This document shows, piece after piece, positions 26,160 through 42,488 of a stretch of DNA of 64,000 nucleotides; position 1 is the first letter of the stretch; each line of letters begins with the position of its first letter. Position numbers and translations under genes: made by a program. Source of the DNA: Chrysomallon squamiferum (taxonomy: Eukaryota > Animalia > Mollusca); the NCBI GenBank assembly GCA_012295275.1, contig CM022675.1, positions 15,810,001 to 15,874,000 of the forward strand. The letters run 5' to 3'. The notes below the pieces were generated by a model that saw nothing but the letters and a program-made list of their open reading frames with translations, ran no database searches and was not told the origin of the DNA.

Positions 26160-26668
26160 AAAAGAGAACAGACTTACACCAGAAAGACAGTCCTGACTGG
26201 ATACCGACAGTTAATATGTCAAAAGCAGCACAATCAACTCCATGTGTCAGAAAGAGCAGTAGAAAAGTGGACATGGCTGTGAAGATCGATGCAGCTAAAA
26301 CATTACTAGAGTTACGTGGAATGGATGGACAAAACGAGGTTGACATGCTTGGCATTGATCACGAAACAGGTACAGCAGCCCAGACAGACATTGATCAGCC
26401 TCTGTATGTAGCAATGCAAGAAGAATTACAAACTTTAAGAACAGAAAATGTCAAATTAAATGCTGAAGTATCTAGTTCCTGCTCAAAATTCATAATTTCA
26501 GAATTCAGTGGCGGTGATGAAAAAGTTAAATACTTCACAGGTCTTCCAGAGTTCACTGTCCTACTTTCCCTGTTTCATTTCTTAGATCCCAGTTTGCCAA
26601 TTAAGCAGTCACTGGACAAATTTCAAATTTTAATGCTATGTTTAATGTGGTTCAGTTATATTTACTAG
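26160..26668 (+). mobile_element. Truncated ISL2EU/Harbinger-type transposase exon (THAP C-terminal half, coiled coil, start of HTH; no DDE domain)
   Basis: Acceptor TTTTCAG at 26159. SPDWIPTV, LQTLRTENVKL, DEKVKYFTGLP, SLDKFQILMLCLM are typical of THAP-HTH_Tnp_4-DDE_Tnp_4 proteins. In frame with the upstream THAP exon (326 aa together). Confidence 0.7.
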
Positions 26669-27525
26669 TACAATTGTGGCACAAGTTTAAAGATAATTTT
26701 CATGTATATGAATATGAAGCCTTTAGTCAGTTGACCAGAACTAAAAAACAGGATCATTAACAATATCCATGTATGTTATTGCTGGCAAAATGTCTACATT
26801 TTCTGACCATCCTTCCAGCTCAGATGGGTCATTCCCATCAATTAATTCTAATTCAAGGCTATCCCTATAAATAACATTGTCTTTAGAAGATTTAGCCATC
26901 AGTTTTACCATCACTTTTATGAATTTACATTTTGTTACACTCTGCTCTCATGTGTTACTGCATGGTTGTTCCATCTATGGCAGGCTGGAAAAGGCTTCAT
27001 TTTAAAACGTTCAGTGTTCTGCATACTGTTCATGTTATTTATCATGACTATTAAAATATTAATTACATGTTATAGAGGAAAAAAATGCCTTCATTGTTGC
27101 TCTTTAAATAAGTATATGGTAATTTTTTTTGTTTTTAAACTTAAGAGTTCTAAAGATTGAATCCTGAAAGATTAAAGTGTACTTTTACTACTTAACTGAG
27201 TCACAGTGTCACTTTCCCTGTCACTTCTGTTGCAGTAGGTTCAAATTAACTTATTTTAATTTTTAGTATTATTATTATTAAAATAAACACTGAAAACTAT
27301 TTAGTATGGATCTATCAAAATCTTTTAATTTCTAAATGCTTAGAAAATATTTTAATCTGTTGTAAACAATTTATCAACAAATTTATGTGTGTGGAAATAG
27401 ATGTAATGCATTTATATATGTATACATGTATGTATTATTAAAATTAATGTATTTATGGTGAAGAGTATGACTACATTTCAACATAGTGTTGTAGATTGGT
27501 TAAACTTTTGCTTGATGTTGTAGAC

Positions 27526-29852
<2,327 letters not shown>

Positions 29853-32284
29853 ACGAAAGGCTAAATTTGTCTTTCAAACTGTTAGCCTTGAACCATGAAC
29901 TCCTGGTCCCACCACGACCTTCACCCTGTGCACCAGATTGGCTGAAACTCAGTTAGGTACAGGTATATCAGAAGATTCTCCACAACAAGTATGTTCACAA
30001 TAGCAACATTCTGAGAGTCTAAGCTACCATCTGATGCCACTGTTAGATGGTGTTATTGTAATGTTTGCATTGTTTGAGTTGTGAGATACACACCTCCTTT
30101 GCACAACTGGTCTTAGGTTTACTTTTTGTCCATTGCTATAACACTGAATCTATCTGTAACCATCTGAAATATTCTCCAGATCATTGTCATTATAGTTCTG
30201 ACCAAAATCATCCAAAGTTCTACAACCTTTATGAATAATTCGGCACCAGAAATTGCAAGTTCAGACTCTGCTAATTTTTGCATACAAAAAACCCTGGACC
30301 CATTTCTTTCTCAATGCAGTCATCTTGTTTACCATATATTAAGAAGATGAATTCTTTGGCCACAGACTAGTGCCTTTGTACATTCCATAATTTCGCTTAG
30401 TTCTTAACTAATATTATAAGAAAATAAGAAAACTTTGTTTCCTGGAACTTTGGTCTAAGAGAAGGGAAAAAAAAAATTCATCAAAATATTTTCTTTTTTA
30501 ACCATGTTGTGTGAATGAAAGTACTCAGAGTTAAGCTATTTCTTCTTCAAACTCGACTGTTTAAATTTATTGCCTGTTTTTCATTAGCAGCTGCAATGAA
30601 GCAATTTAAAAGTTGTTTTTATGTGTAGTATAGAGTAGTAGTAACCATTATAATTATATCCTATCCTAAGAAGGTGAATATTTAATGTTTATTAGTTTAT
30701 AAAGTCATCAGAGAGGGCTACAAACTTAGGCTTGCAAGGTAAATAAAGATTACTGCTTTGTTAGTGCTGGTAACTCTTTGATCTTGACACATTACCATGT
30801 ACAGCAGCTGCTGCTTGGGGCTTAGGGGAAGTCTTCCCAGAAAATAAAGCTTTGCAGTCTTATTTATATATTAGTGGACAAGATCTTAGATATATATTAG
30901 TGAAGATTATTTAGGATTATTGCGTTCATTTTAATATGTCTACTAAAAATAATAATTAAAGATGACACAAAAATTGTATTGTAAGCATGTTATTGCCACA
31001 TTTTACTTGTGGACTTTCATTTATATTGAATATGCTAGAACACAGTTTATTAAATGTTTTGGTGTGACTTTAAGTAATAGTGGTTAGAATTTATAATAAT
31101 TAACTTGATCTGTATTAATTTTCATGTGGGAATATATTAAAAAAAACCATGATTGACACAAACTTCCTAATTAATATTTATGTAATGAAAAACATTCATA
31201 ATATTGTTAAATATGATGATATTCGTGGACCTAATCTGTGAAACAAATATAATTGCTACTTTAAACTAGAAATTTCTGAAAGTATAAACTACACATTTCT
31301 AAAAACTGCTTTGATCTAGTGTTCTTCTCCTCCTCCTGTGGGAACTTCACAAATCCTGGAAATATCACATCTCTCAAAGTACTAGCTGTATAAGCTCATT
31401 TTGATGTTATTAAGTTCATTTATGTTTTTTCTCATTGTGAAATCCAGAAATTTGTGTTGTGACCATGCAACATGGATTTTTATTCCTTTCTTTCATCTGT
31501 TGTGAACATTCTTCAGTTCCTACATTTCTAGATGTACTGTTCCATACCAGATTAAATACTCTAACAATGTAATAAAAGAATTAGATGAATATTTCTGTCG
31601 GATGTAAGTATTACACAGTCTTACAGTATTTTGAAATCTTCCTTTTGGAACCTTCCCTGTCGATTCACTGCTTTTACTTGAGAATTCAGTTAATGTTTTT
31701 TTTTGTCTTTTGTTTTTTGGTTGTTTTTTTAAATGTCTGAAAATCCTGTCTGCTTTACAATTCTGTAAACTTTGACAACTGACAGACTTGTTGGCAACAC
31801 TATTTTGGCTGGGTGCATAAAGCATATTCATTTAAAATTATACAAGTTTGATCTCATTTATACTCTTTAATTCATGATGATAGTGTTATGTTATAGACAA
31901 TATATAATAATTATGATGTAGAGAATTGACTGAAAAATTTCTTTCTCCATTGCCAGATATTTTCCTTTCTCTTGCGAATTATCTTTCACCCCAGTCACAC
32001 TGATAACATCACAGACACCTAACCAGTACACAGACCATTGCTGTTACATGTACCTTAAGATAGCCCCAGTGACAGTGTTTAATGTCTCAAGTTTCTTGGA
32101 GAAATTTCTCAAGTGTCTTAAGTCTAAACAAAGAGAAATAAACCTCAGATGTCTTAATGGTGTTTATGCATCTTTAGTTAAACCAAAGATTATGCTGGGT
32201 GCTTTTACTTCAGTCCTTTACAATCTCCTCTGCATAATATATATGTCCTCTATAAGATTACATGACCTATGGGTCTTTTCTTGG

Positions 32285-32660
32285 GCCAGCATTGATGAAA
32301 TGATTCCACATGTCAAGAGAAAATCTTGAATCATTGTTAAATTCAGCAGTTCTAGGTACTGCTGGGGTGATTTCCACTGCATCCAGTCACTTGTTCTGGA
32401 CCTCATTGATTGGAAGTAGCTCTTCTCACCCAGGTTTTCATGGCAACGTTCTTCTTGTACTGTGTGGCTAGGCCTGCCTGTTGGATCTTGCACCAAATGG
32501 CCTGTGTGTAGTGGAACATGCAGCCTTTGATGTCTCTATTAGGAATAGCTGCCATTTCAAAGTCTGTATACAATCGTGATCCGGCATTCAGTTGACCAGG
32601 TGCTGAACGTGGGTCTGCAGGTTCTCAAACAGATGGACATAGTTGGCAGTCTGTGACTCT
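32285..32660 (-). mobile_element. MULE/Mutator transposase relic, copy 1 (partial)
   Basis: DFEMAA..IKGCMFHYTQAIW motif, frameshifted. Confidence 0.75.
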
Positions 32661-33789
32661 GCAAGAAAGGCACAGTTTTACTTGAGAATTCAGTTATCTC
32701 AAAATTTTAATTTATTTTTATTTTTATTTATTTTTACAATTCTGTAAACATTGACAACTGTTGGCAATAATATTTAAGATTGGCACAAAATTATACAAGT
32801 TTGATCTCAGTTATATTTTTTAATTCATGATGATAGTGTAATGTTATATAATAATTATGATGTAGAGAATTGACTCAAATTTCTTTCTCCATTATCAGAG
32901 AATATATATATATATATATATATATATAGGCAGGGTTTCAAATTAAATGGTTTTGATACTAGGTAATCTGTGATATAGAAATATTAACAAACACAACATT
33001 GTAACCCTGGTGTCTCCAAGGAGGACAAACTGATCAGGTTCACAAGGCAATTTTAATGTAAAAATTATACAGCTGCAAAACTAAAACAATCAAACCAATA
33101 CAAAAAAACCCCCGTGATCTCTAGATAAAAAGAAAATAACTAAATAAATATGTTCAAGAAACATATAATCAAATACATAATATTAATATACAGTTCACTA
33201 CAATCAAACCTGAGGAGAAGTCAGTTACATTTAAATATCAACTGTTAAAGTTCATTCACTCCTAATTGATATCAGTTTCACCCAGTGTTAAAAGTAATCT
33301 TTAACAAAAGCAATTAACTTCAGCAGGGCTTAAGTTGTCTTTTGTAGGAACACATTAACACCAAGCTGATACCAGATTCATGGGTGTGATTTCATGTTTA
33401 TCTGTTTTTTACTCTTGTACACCTGGCACACCAGTACCATACTAATCTGTCTGTAATCATTTCTATCACTTATGTTAACTAGAACTAATTACATTGTATA
33501 AAAGTCTATACGAATCCTTTATGCGTATATAAGACATTAATAATAACTGAACCATAAGCTTTTTTAATATGTGTATACATGAACTTCCTATAATTGTTAT
33601 TCATATTTTGGTTATATTGATAACCTATTACACTCAGATGTTTAAAAAAAAGAATAATTATTATGATAAAATTACCAGCACATGTAAATTAACAATTACT
33701 CATAAATATAAAACATGCAGTACTGTAAGTAGTGATGTTAGTAACACTTACACCAGACAAGCAATGTTGCCACTTGGCTAAAAAAAAAT

Positions 33790-34460
33790 GATTTCACAAA
33801 AAGAAAACACTGCAGCTTCATGAAGTGACCAGTGGCGTCCAGGTACTGCAGGGTGTCCTGGTTCTGTCACTGAGCTGCTGCTGGAGGTGACTGACTTTGT
33901 TGTCCAGATCCCAGTAGACTCTCTTCTCAGTGGTGGTGCAGCTCTAGCATTCAGCTGTACCAACTTTGTTCTTTCAAGTCAACAGATCTGTAAATGTTTG
34001 GATGTTGATGAGGAAGCAGCCTGTTGACCTGTGAATCGAAACCTTCCAGATTGTTGATTGTTCTTGGACCAGTATTGGTGAAATGATTCCACATGTCAAG
34101 AGAAAATCTTGAATCATTGTTAAATTCAGTAGTTCTGGGTACTGCTGAGATGGTTTCCACTGCATCCAGTCACTTGTTCTGGACCTCAATGATTGGAAGT
34201 AGCTCTTCTCACCCAGGTTTTCATGGCAATGTTGTTCTTGTGCTGTTTGGCTAGGCCTCTCTGTTGAATCTTCCACCAAATGGCCTGTGTGTAGTGGAAC
34301 ATGCAGCCTTTGATGTCTCTATTAAGAATAGCTGCCATTTCAAAGTCTGTATACAATCAGGATCCAGCATTCAGTTGACCAGGTGCTGAACTTGGGTCTG
34401 CAGGTTCTCAAACAGACGGATATAGTTGGCAGTCTGTGACTCTGGAAGAAAGACACAGTT
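33790..34460 (-). mobile_element. MULE/Mutator transposase relic, copy 2
   Basis: WNHFTNTGPRTINNLEGF..HPNIY plus the DFE..GCMFHYTQAIW region. Confidence 0.8.
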
Positions 34461-34697
34461 TTACTTGAGAATTCAATTGTCTCAAAATTTTTATTTTTTT
34501 TTTTTTTTTTTTTTTTTTTACAATTCTGTAAACTTTGACAACTGTTGGCAATAATATTTGAGACTGGGTGCATAAAGCATACTGGCACAGAATTATACAA
34601 GTTTGATCTCGGTTATATTCTTTAATTCATGATGATAGTGTAATGTTATATAATAATTATGATGTAGAGAATTGACTGAAATTTTTTTCTTCATTAT

Positions 34698-34738
<41 letters not shown>

Positions 34739-35559
34739 GCAGGGTTTCAAATTAAATGGTTTTGATACTAGGTAATCTGTGATATAGAAATATTAACAAA
34801 CACAACATTGTAACCCTGGTGTCTCCAAGGACAAACTGATCAGGTTCACAAGACAAATAATAGTAAAAATTATACAGTTGCAAAACTAAAAAAAATCAAA
34901 CAAATACAAAAAAACCCTGTGATCTCTAGATAAAAAGAAAATAACTGTAAACAAATATGTTCAAGAAACATATAATCAAATACATAATATTAATATACAG
35001 TTCACTACAATCAAACCTGAGGAGAAGTCAGTTACATTTAAATATCAACTGTTAAAGTTCATTCACTCCTAATTGATATCAGTTTCACCCAGTGTTAAAA
35101 GTAATCTTTAACAAAAGCAATTAACTTCAGCAAGGGTTCTGTTGTCTTTTGTTGGAACACATTAACCCCAAGCAGATACCAGATTCATGGGTGTGATTTC
35201 ATGTTTATCTGTTGTTTACTCTTGTACAGCTGGCACACCAGTACCATACTAATCTGTCTGTAATCATTTCTATCACTTATGTTAACTAGAACTAATTACA
35301 TTGTATAAAAGTCTATACGAATCCTTTATGCGTATATAAGACATTAATAATAACTGAACCATAAGCTTTTTTAATATGTGTATACATGAACTGTCTATAA
35401 CTGTTATTCATATTTTCGTTATATTGATAACCTTTTATACTCAGACATTTAAAAAAAATGAATAATTATTATGATAAAATTACCAGCGCATATAAATGAA
35501 CAATTACTCACAAATATAAAACATGCGATACTGTAAGTAGCGATGTCAATAAGCAGTGT

Positions 35560-36260
35560 TGCCACTTGGCTGAAAAAAAATGATTTCACAAAAAGCAAAC
35601 ACTGCAGCTTCATGAAGTGACCAGTGGCGTCCAGGTACTGCAGGGTGTCCTGGTTCTGTCACTGAGCTGCTGCTTGAGGTGACTGACTTTGTTGTTGAGA
35701 TCCAAGTAGACTCTCTTCTCAGTGGTGGTGCAGCTCCAGCATTCAGCTGCACCAACTTTGCTCTTTCAAGTCAACAAATCTGTAAATGTTTGGATGTTGA
35801 TGAGGAAGCAGCCTGTTGACCTGTGAATGGAAACCTTCCAGATTGTTGATTGTTCTTGGACCAGTATTGGTGAAATGATTCCACCTGTCAAGAGAAAATC
35901 TTGAATCATCGTTGAATTCAGCAGTTCTAGGTACTGCTGGTGTGGTTTCCACTGCATCCAGTCACATGTTCTGGACCTCATTGATTGGAAGTAGTGTCAG
36001 ACGAGCAGCTCTTCTCACCCAGGTTTTCATGGCAATGTCATTCTTGTACTGTTTGGCTAGGCCTGCCTGTTGGATCTTGTGCCAAATGGCCTGTGTGTAG
36101 TGGAACATGCAGCCTTTGATGTCTCTATTAGGAGTAGCTGCCATTTCAAAGTCTATATACAATCAGGATCCAGTATTCAGTTGACCAGGTGCTGAACGTG
36201 GGTCTGCAGGTTCTCAAACAGATGGACATAGTTGGCAGTCTGTGACTCTGCAAGAAAGGT
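35560..36260 (-). mobile_element. MULE/Mutator transposase relic, copy 3 (best preserved)
   Basis: IDFEMAA..KGCMFHYTQAIWHKIQQAGLAKQY..WVRRAA..WNHF..PRTINNLEGFH..HPNIYRF, interrupted by stops and deletions. Confidence 0.85.
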
Positions 36261-36488
36261 ACAGTTTTACTTGAGAATTCAGTTATCTCAAAATTTTAAT
36301 TTATTTTATTATTATTATTTTTTTACAATTCTGTAAACTTTGACAACTGTTGGCAATAATATTTGAGATTGGCACAAAATTATACAAGTTTGATCTCAGT
36401 TATATTCTTTAATTCATGATGATAGAGTAATGTTATATAATAATTATGATGTAGAGAATTGACTCAAATTTCTTTCTCAATTATCAGA

Positions 36489-36526
<38 letters not shown>

Positions 36527-38181
36527 GCAGGGTTTCAAATTAAATGGTTTTGATACTAGGTAATCTGTGATATAGAAATATTAACAAACACAACATTGTA
36601 ACCCTGGTGTCTCCAAGGAGGACAAACTGATCAGGTTCACAAGACAAATTAATGTAAAAATTATTCAGGTGCAAAACTAAAAAAATCAAACCAATACAAA
36701 AAAAACCCCGTGATCTCTAGATAAAAAGAAAATAACTGTAAACAAATATGTTCAAGAAACATATAATCAAATACATAATATTAATATACAGTTCATTACA
36801 ATCAAACCTGAGGAGAAATCAGTTACATTTAAATATCAACTGTTAAAGTTCATTCACTCCTAATTGATATCAGTTTCCCTGAGTCTCTTGTGTTAAAAGT
36901 AATCTTTAACAAAAACAATTAACTTCAGCAGGGGTTAAGTTGTCTTTTGTTGGAACACATTAACACCAAGCTGATAGCAGATTCATGGGTGTGATTTCAT
37001 GTTTATCTGTTTTTTACTCTTGTACAGCTGGCACACCAGTACCATACTAATCTGTCTAATCATTTCTATCACTTATGTTAACTAGAACTAATTACATTGT
37101 ATAAAAGTCTATATGAATCCTTTATGCATATATAAAACATTAATAATAACTGAACCATAAGCTTTTTTAATATGTGTATACATGAACTTCCTATAACTGT
37201 TATTCATATTTTGGTTATAATGATAACCTATTACACTTAGATGTTTGAAAAAAGAATAATTATTATGATAAAGATCAAATTACCAGCACATATAAATTAA
37301 CAATTACTCATAAGTATAAAACATGCGATACTGTAAGTAGTGATGTCAGTAACACTTACCTCACACAAGCAGTCTGATGCTTTTAAATATCAACTGTTAA
37401 AGTTCATTCACTCCTACTTGATATCACTTTCACCCAGTCCCTTGTGTTAAAAGTAATCTTTAACAAAAGCAGTTAACTTCAGCAGGGTTAAGTTGTCTTT
37501 TGTAGGAACACATTAACACCAAGCTGATACCAGATTCATGGGTTTGATTTCATGTTTATCTGTATTTGACACCTGGCACACTAATACCAGTCCCATACTA
37601 ATCTTCTGTAATCATTTCTATCACATATGTTATAAAACATGCAATACTGTAAGTAGTGATGTCAGTAACTTACCCCACATGACCAGTGCCACCACCTAAA
37701 CAGAAGTAATCAGCTGTGTTTACTGAGAAAATACTCTATGAATCAATCAGGCTTATTTTTAAATATATTTCCACATGAAAACTAATAAAGACCCAATTAA
37801 ATTATTATATTGTTACTTAAAGTTATGCCAAAACATTTAATAAAATTGTGCACCATCATTTTCAAAATAAATGAAAGTCCACAAGTAAAATATAATTATT
37901 GTCTCATCTTTAATATATAGTATCTTAAATATCCCTTTTCAGTAGACATATTAAAATGAAAGCAATAAACAAAAATTAATTACTGATCTTAGCTGATCTG
38001 TAGCACATGTGAAATCAAATATAAAAATACTTACCTTCACTAGCAATTGTTTGAGGTCCTGCAGTGTCCAACTTAAAATGTTGCCATCCTCAGCAACACA
38101 AAAATTTAATAATAATTTTAATTGATGTAATAAAATCTGTGATAGATCTGTTTCTCTCACATGCATCACAACCAGAACATA

Positions 38182-38406
38182 TTACTGTCCTAAGTAATGG
38201 ACTGTCTCTGACAAATCTCTGACAGTTTGAGGATGAGGAGAGTTTTCAGAAACAGTTTCTGACTTACTTTCCAGAACAACTGCAGAGAGGGGTAGGTTAT
38301 GGGGATTACTATGCTGACCAGCACCTAACCTAGATGAGCATCTTACAGGAACAGCATTTCCATCTTCTGATGATGTCTTTGATTCTGCATCAACTTTTAT
38401 TTTCAC
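38182..38406 (-). mobile_element. Gypsy LTR retrotransposon fragment (post-integrase C-terminus)
   Basis: RCSSRLGAGQHSNPHNLPLSAV resembles the RRS.R..AG.HSNP..LP motif at the end of animal Gypsy pol ORFs (recalled motif). Confidence 0.55.
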
Positions 38407-39094
38407 ATCCCAGACAGCAGTTGCCGTATATGGTCATGTCACATGACCACACAGTCCCCAGTGCTAATGAAAGCTCCCAATAGGAGGCAGTTATCTTGCT
38501 AGCACTTAGTACCTACCAAATACTTTAAAAACATTATATAATCTGACCATTATAGACTAGGATACAATGGCTGTTATTTCACGATACATGAATATGGAAT
38601 ATTTTACTCTTGGATGACTTCTGAAGGCCATTACTAATGGACTTTAACAGTTGTTGATTATAATAAAGTACATTTCAATGTTATGTATTTGATTATATTT
38701 TTGTTGACCAAATTTGTTTACAATTGTTTTCTTTTTATCTAAAGATAAGGGGGCTTGTTTTGGATGTGATAGTTTGATTTAAATTTGTGGATTTTAAATA
38801 TGCTTCCTGTTAATTAAATATATTTTTAGGAGCTGCGATTTTTTTTATATTCAGTGTTTTAATATTTTTATTGTTGGTAATTGTCTGTTGTCAAGGGTGT
38901 TTGATTTAAAATATTGTTTTATTTCCCTCATTAGACCAGTGCTTTCGTTTCATCCCCATCACTGCAGTTTCAGTATCTTATCACACTGTTTTTCATTTTG
39001 TTTCTTTTGTGCTTGGAAAAGGATGCATCAATTTACATTTAACACATGAATTTGTCATTTAAATCTGATTGTTTCATTTTTAGTTGCATAAATC

Positions 39095-39325
39095 CTTTTT
39101 GTTTTAAATTTAAAAATTAATATTGATCATGTTGGTGAAGCGACTACTGTTTTAATTTGTTTTCACAGGGAATATGTTGTGTGTGTATTTTAATTTGTGT
39201 GTGCAGTTTTAATTAACTTCAGATTAATCTGAAGTGGTAATGTTTTATTCACTGTATCAGTTATAAGTAAATAAGCAGTGAGAAGGTGCATTTATTGTAA
39301 AATATGTCAAATCTGGAATTGAGAA
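39095..39325 (+). repeat. Displaced paralogous segment of the HP1 3' region
   Basis: Aligns with 18125-18340 (TTAAATTTAAAAATTAAT.TTGATCATGTT.GTGAAG..; TAAGTAAATAAGCAGTGAGAAGGTGCATTTATTGT). Confidence 0.85.
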
Positions 39326-40566
39326 CTGAGTAAGAATTAAAATCTTTTTATCAGTTTTTCATGTTTTTTTTTTGTTTTCTCCTCTGTTCTCCAACATGTT
39401 TTATATATATAAAGGTGAGCCTTGACACATGACACAAAGGCACTATTTTCAAAATTATTTTTAAATGGAAATGCTAATATTAACGGAACGTCTTACTTTT
39501 ATTTTATTTTATTTTTATAAATTTGAGAACTAGAAGATAGTCTGAGACCATTTGTTGATATTAAAGGTCATTACCTAAAAAAACACACAATGTTGTTGGA
39601 TGTTACTGATGACATGAAAAGAAGTCAAATGTATGTTACAATAACTGGAATGTGTTGCTAAACATGCATTAACTTATTCAAACAGGCTACTTTAAACATC
39701 TGAAAAAAGAATTATTTAATATTCTTTTATTGTTAATTTAGAAAGAAAATGTCATGTCATCAATAATATCCAGTCAGGGTCCTTTTAATTTTTTGGTTTT
39801 ATGTTAAGTATAACCTTGTTTTTACATTGCACAAACACAGCTTATAAATATAAATGTTACTTAAAAAGAGTTCCAGCAATTGATCTTCTGCAATACATAA
39901 ACTCAGCTAATCCTTAGAGTCTACTCCAGAAAGGTGTTGCAGGTATTAAAATGTATGTAACCATGAGACTAAAGGCCATTAAAGGCACAGGTGTGATAAG
40001 TGTCATTTGAAGCAGACAAAAAAGAATTTTCTTAGCTTTGTACTTGCTGTGATTTAACTGAAAACAAAAGTTACCTATCATCTGACCATTGTTGAAATGT
40101 TCTCTGATAGAGCTTATCAACAAGCAAAAATAATCTAAGTTTTAAAACTGATCAATCTATGATTTTATGATACTAAAATTTGTATTCAGCCTTCTATCAA
40201 TACCTCTGAATACATTGTTCTGTTATGTAGTATAATTTGTTATGTTTACAATTCTTAATTTGCCACTTATCGCAAGAATTTTGAACGCAAAGCAATTGCC
40301 TGTCTTAGAATGGAAAAGATAGTAATCGGCAAAACAATGTTAATTTGTTTATTTCAGAACGTAGTCATATTATATACAGTAAAAGTTAGAACATATAATA
40401 AAACATGCATCCTACGAGTTATTAAAAATATAATCATTTTAAATAGTGCCAGTTCTTTTTAGTTGCACATAAAATCTAAGGTGATTTGGCCTGGTAGGAT
40501 TCAATTTACAGCAATTATGCTAAGCACGTGATACTTTCAAATTCAGAGCTGTTCTACACCAAATAC

Positions 40567-41027
40567 CCCGGAAGAAATGGCACTATGCAAATTTGGAAAA
40601 AATGGCACCGTATTTATTATTATTACCCCCACCTTAAAAGTACTTTTGAAAATACAATTTATTCATACACTGTTGTTACATACATGTATATTAATATACA
40701 GCATCACTCAGCCATTTGGTTTTGCTTAACAAAGTACAGTATTATATCAGAGTTTAATATTACATATATACACATACATATGCTCACACACACACACACA
40801 CACACAAACATATATATATATATATAAATATTCATACATATCTCAAATATTATTCATGCACTGGTTTTTTTATGTCCTTTTTATGTTCGATTAAGAACAC
40901 ACACACATATATATGACTTCGCCTACTCCTAAACACTAAATGTTAATAAGCAATATAAAAAATAAAAAAATAAATAAAGTTTCAGCTGCCATTTTTTCCA
41001 AATGTGCATAGTGCCATGTCTTCCGGG
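40567..41027. mobile_element. MITE-like element with ~41-bp inverted repeats
   Basis: CCCGGAAGAAATGGCACTATGCAAATTTGGAAAAAATGGCA (40567-40607) is the near-perfect reverse complement of 40987-41027. Confidence 0.7.
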
Positions 41028-41550
41028 TGCCATTTTTTCCCCTACGCCCGTTAATGAATGACCATGGGCGCCGAAGATCATTTACCACCACGTTTAATAC
41101 TCTCGTACGAAGGACTGATTTAACACACAACAAAAACAACATCACCATTTAAAAGAACACATAATGATATTTCTTTCAACGTATTTGTTTTTCATGGTAG
41201 GTTTTAAAGAAGGGTTTTGTAAGTGGCGGAAAATGGACGAAACCTGAACTTTTAACAGCTTTGACCAGTTATATCAGCTAGACTGCCGGTAACTGAAAAT
41301 GTGGCTAGATGTGGTGGAATGCTCGGACCGTGATTTTTTCAGTTCGGTGACGAAAATAATAAATAGCTTATGATGTCTTTATTTCGCCTTTGTTGTCATC
41401 GAACTTAAGTGGACTACTTTCTTGTCATGATAATACAAAACCTTGATCGGCACTTAATATTAATATATAGCATCACTCAGCCATTTGGTTTTGCTTAACA
41501 AAGTACAGTATTATATCAGTTTAATATTACACATATACACATACATATGC
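40688..41550. repeat. ~95-bp direct repeat pair
   Basis: ATTAATATA.AGCATCACTCAGCCATTTGGTTTTGCTTAACAAAGTACAGTATTATATCAG at ~40690 and ~41459. Confidence 0.85.
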
Positions 41551-42488
41551 ACATATTTAATATTTTTTTCGGGATTTTATATTGCTTGGACGTGACGAAG
41601 ATTCAATAATTCTACAACAGAAAAAAAAAAAAAAAAAAAAAAAAAGGCCACTAATGCTACATAAATATCTAAATATTTAAAATAAACAATGCAAACGAAT
41701 TATTATTCAGAGGCAACAACACCGATGAATTTGTTATGGTAATTTATTAATTTTTTCACCGAATGGTGACTTTGCAAAATTTCTCTTAACGATGACAAGA
41801 ATCATCACGACCGAGCGCCGAATTTAAGAACTTGACAAAGGTACAAAAAAATAATATAATAATAATAATAATAATATATTATTAAAAATCTCACTCTGTT
41901 TTCATGACGAGAACTACCAATGTGTTTATATTTATATTTGCTAGGTATAAAAAATGTTATGTACTGTTGATAAGTGTTTAAATCTTATCGGAATAGCCAC
42001 TGGACAAATTTTCATACAGGATATTTGTTTTTCTTTTTTTAACCCATCTTAATTTTGTGCTCTCCTGTCGCAAAATATTTTAATTTGTAAACATTAGTAT
42101 GCATACAATAGTGTAATTGCTAACATATTGTAATTATGACATTTTAAACATGAGCTGACAGTTAAGAATGAAAAATATTTCCACGTTTTCTTGTGCAAAA
42201 GATTAATAATGGTGTGTAGAAAGTCGTATTTCATAATTTAAATAAATAAATTAATACAAATGTGAGAATTGTAGTCTCTTCTTAAAATTATTCAAAATTT
42301 TCATGTGCATTATTAACTAATGAATGTAGTAAATTTATATGTTAATTTAATTTGATCAGATTAATACACGGTTGAACAATAATTTTAAAATCTAACATGT
42401 TAAAAATTACTCGTCTTAAGTGATTGCTTTTCAGTAGCTAATGACAGAAATATTAGTGTGTGTATTTAAATAGAATTAAGTTTTTCAG

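Larger units (their letters stand above)
31640..37680. repeat. Tandem array of ~1.8 kb units (about 3 full plus partial flanking copies)
   Basis: Landmark (TA)n-GGCAGGGTTTCAAATTAAATGG recurs at ~32929, ~34738 and ~36526. Confidence 0.95.

Noticed and set aside
29880-30390. Minus-strand segment with Cys/aromatic pattern (GFFVC..CNFW) reminiscent of a GRF zinc finger
   Set aside because: Multiple stops and frameshifts; similarity too weak to call without a search.
38430-38492. Palindrome TGGTCATGTCACATGACCA and CTCF-like CCAATAGGAGGCAG
   Set aside because: Short, with two mismatches to the CTCF consensus, and inside repeat debris.
41320-41820. Imperfect inverted repeats and CpG-richer patch resembling a promoter
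   Set aside because: No linked exon found; likely a decayed MITE.
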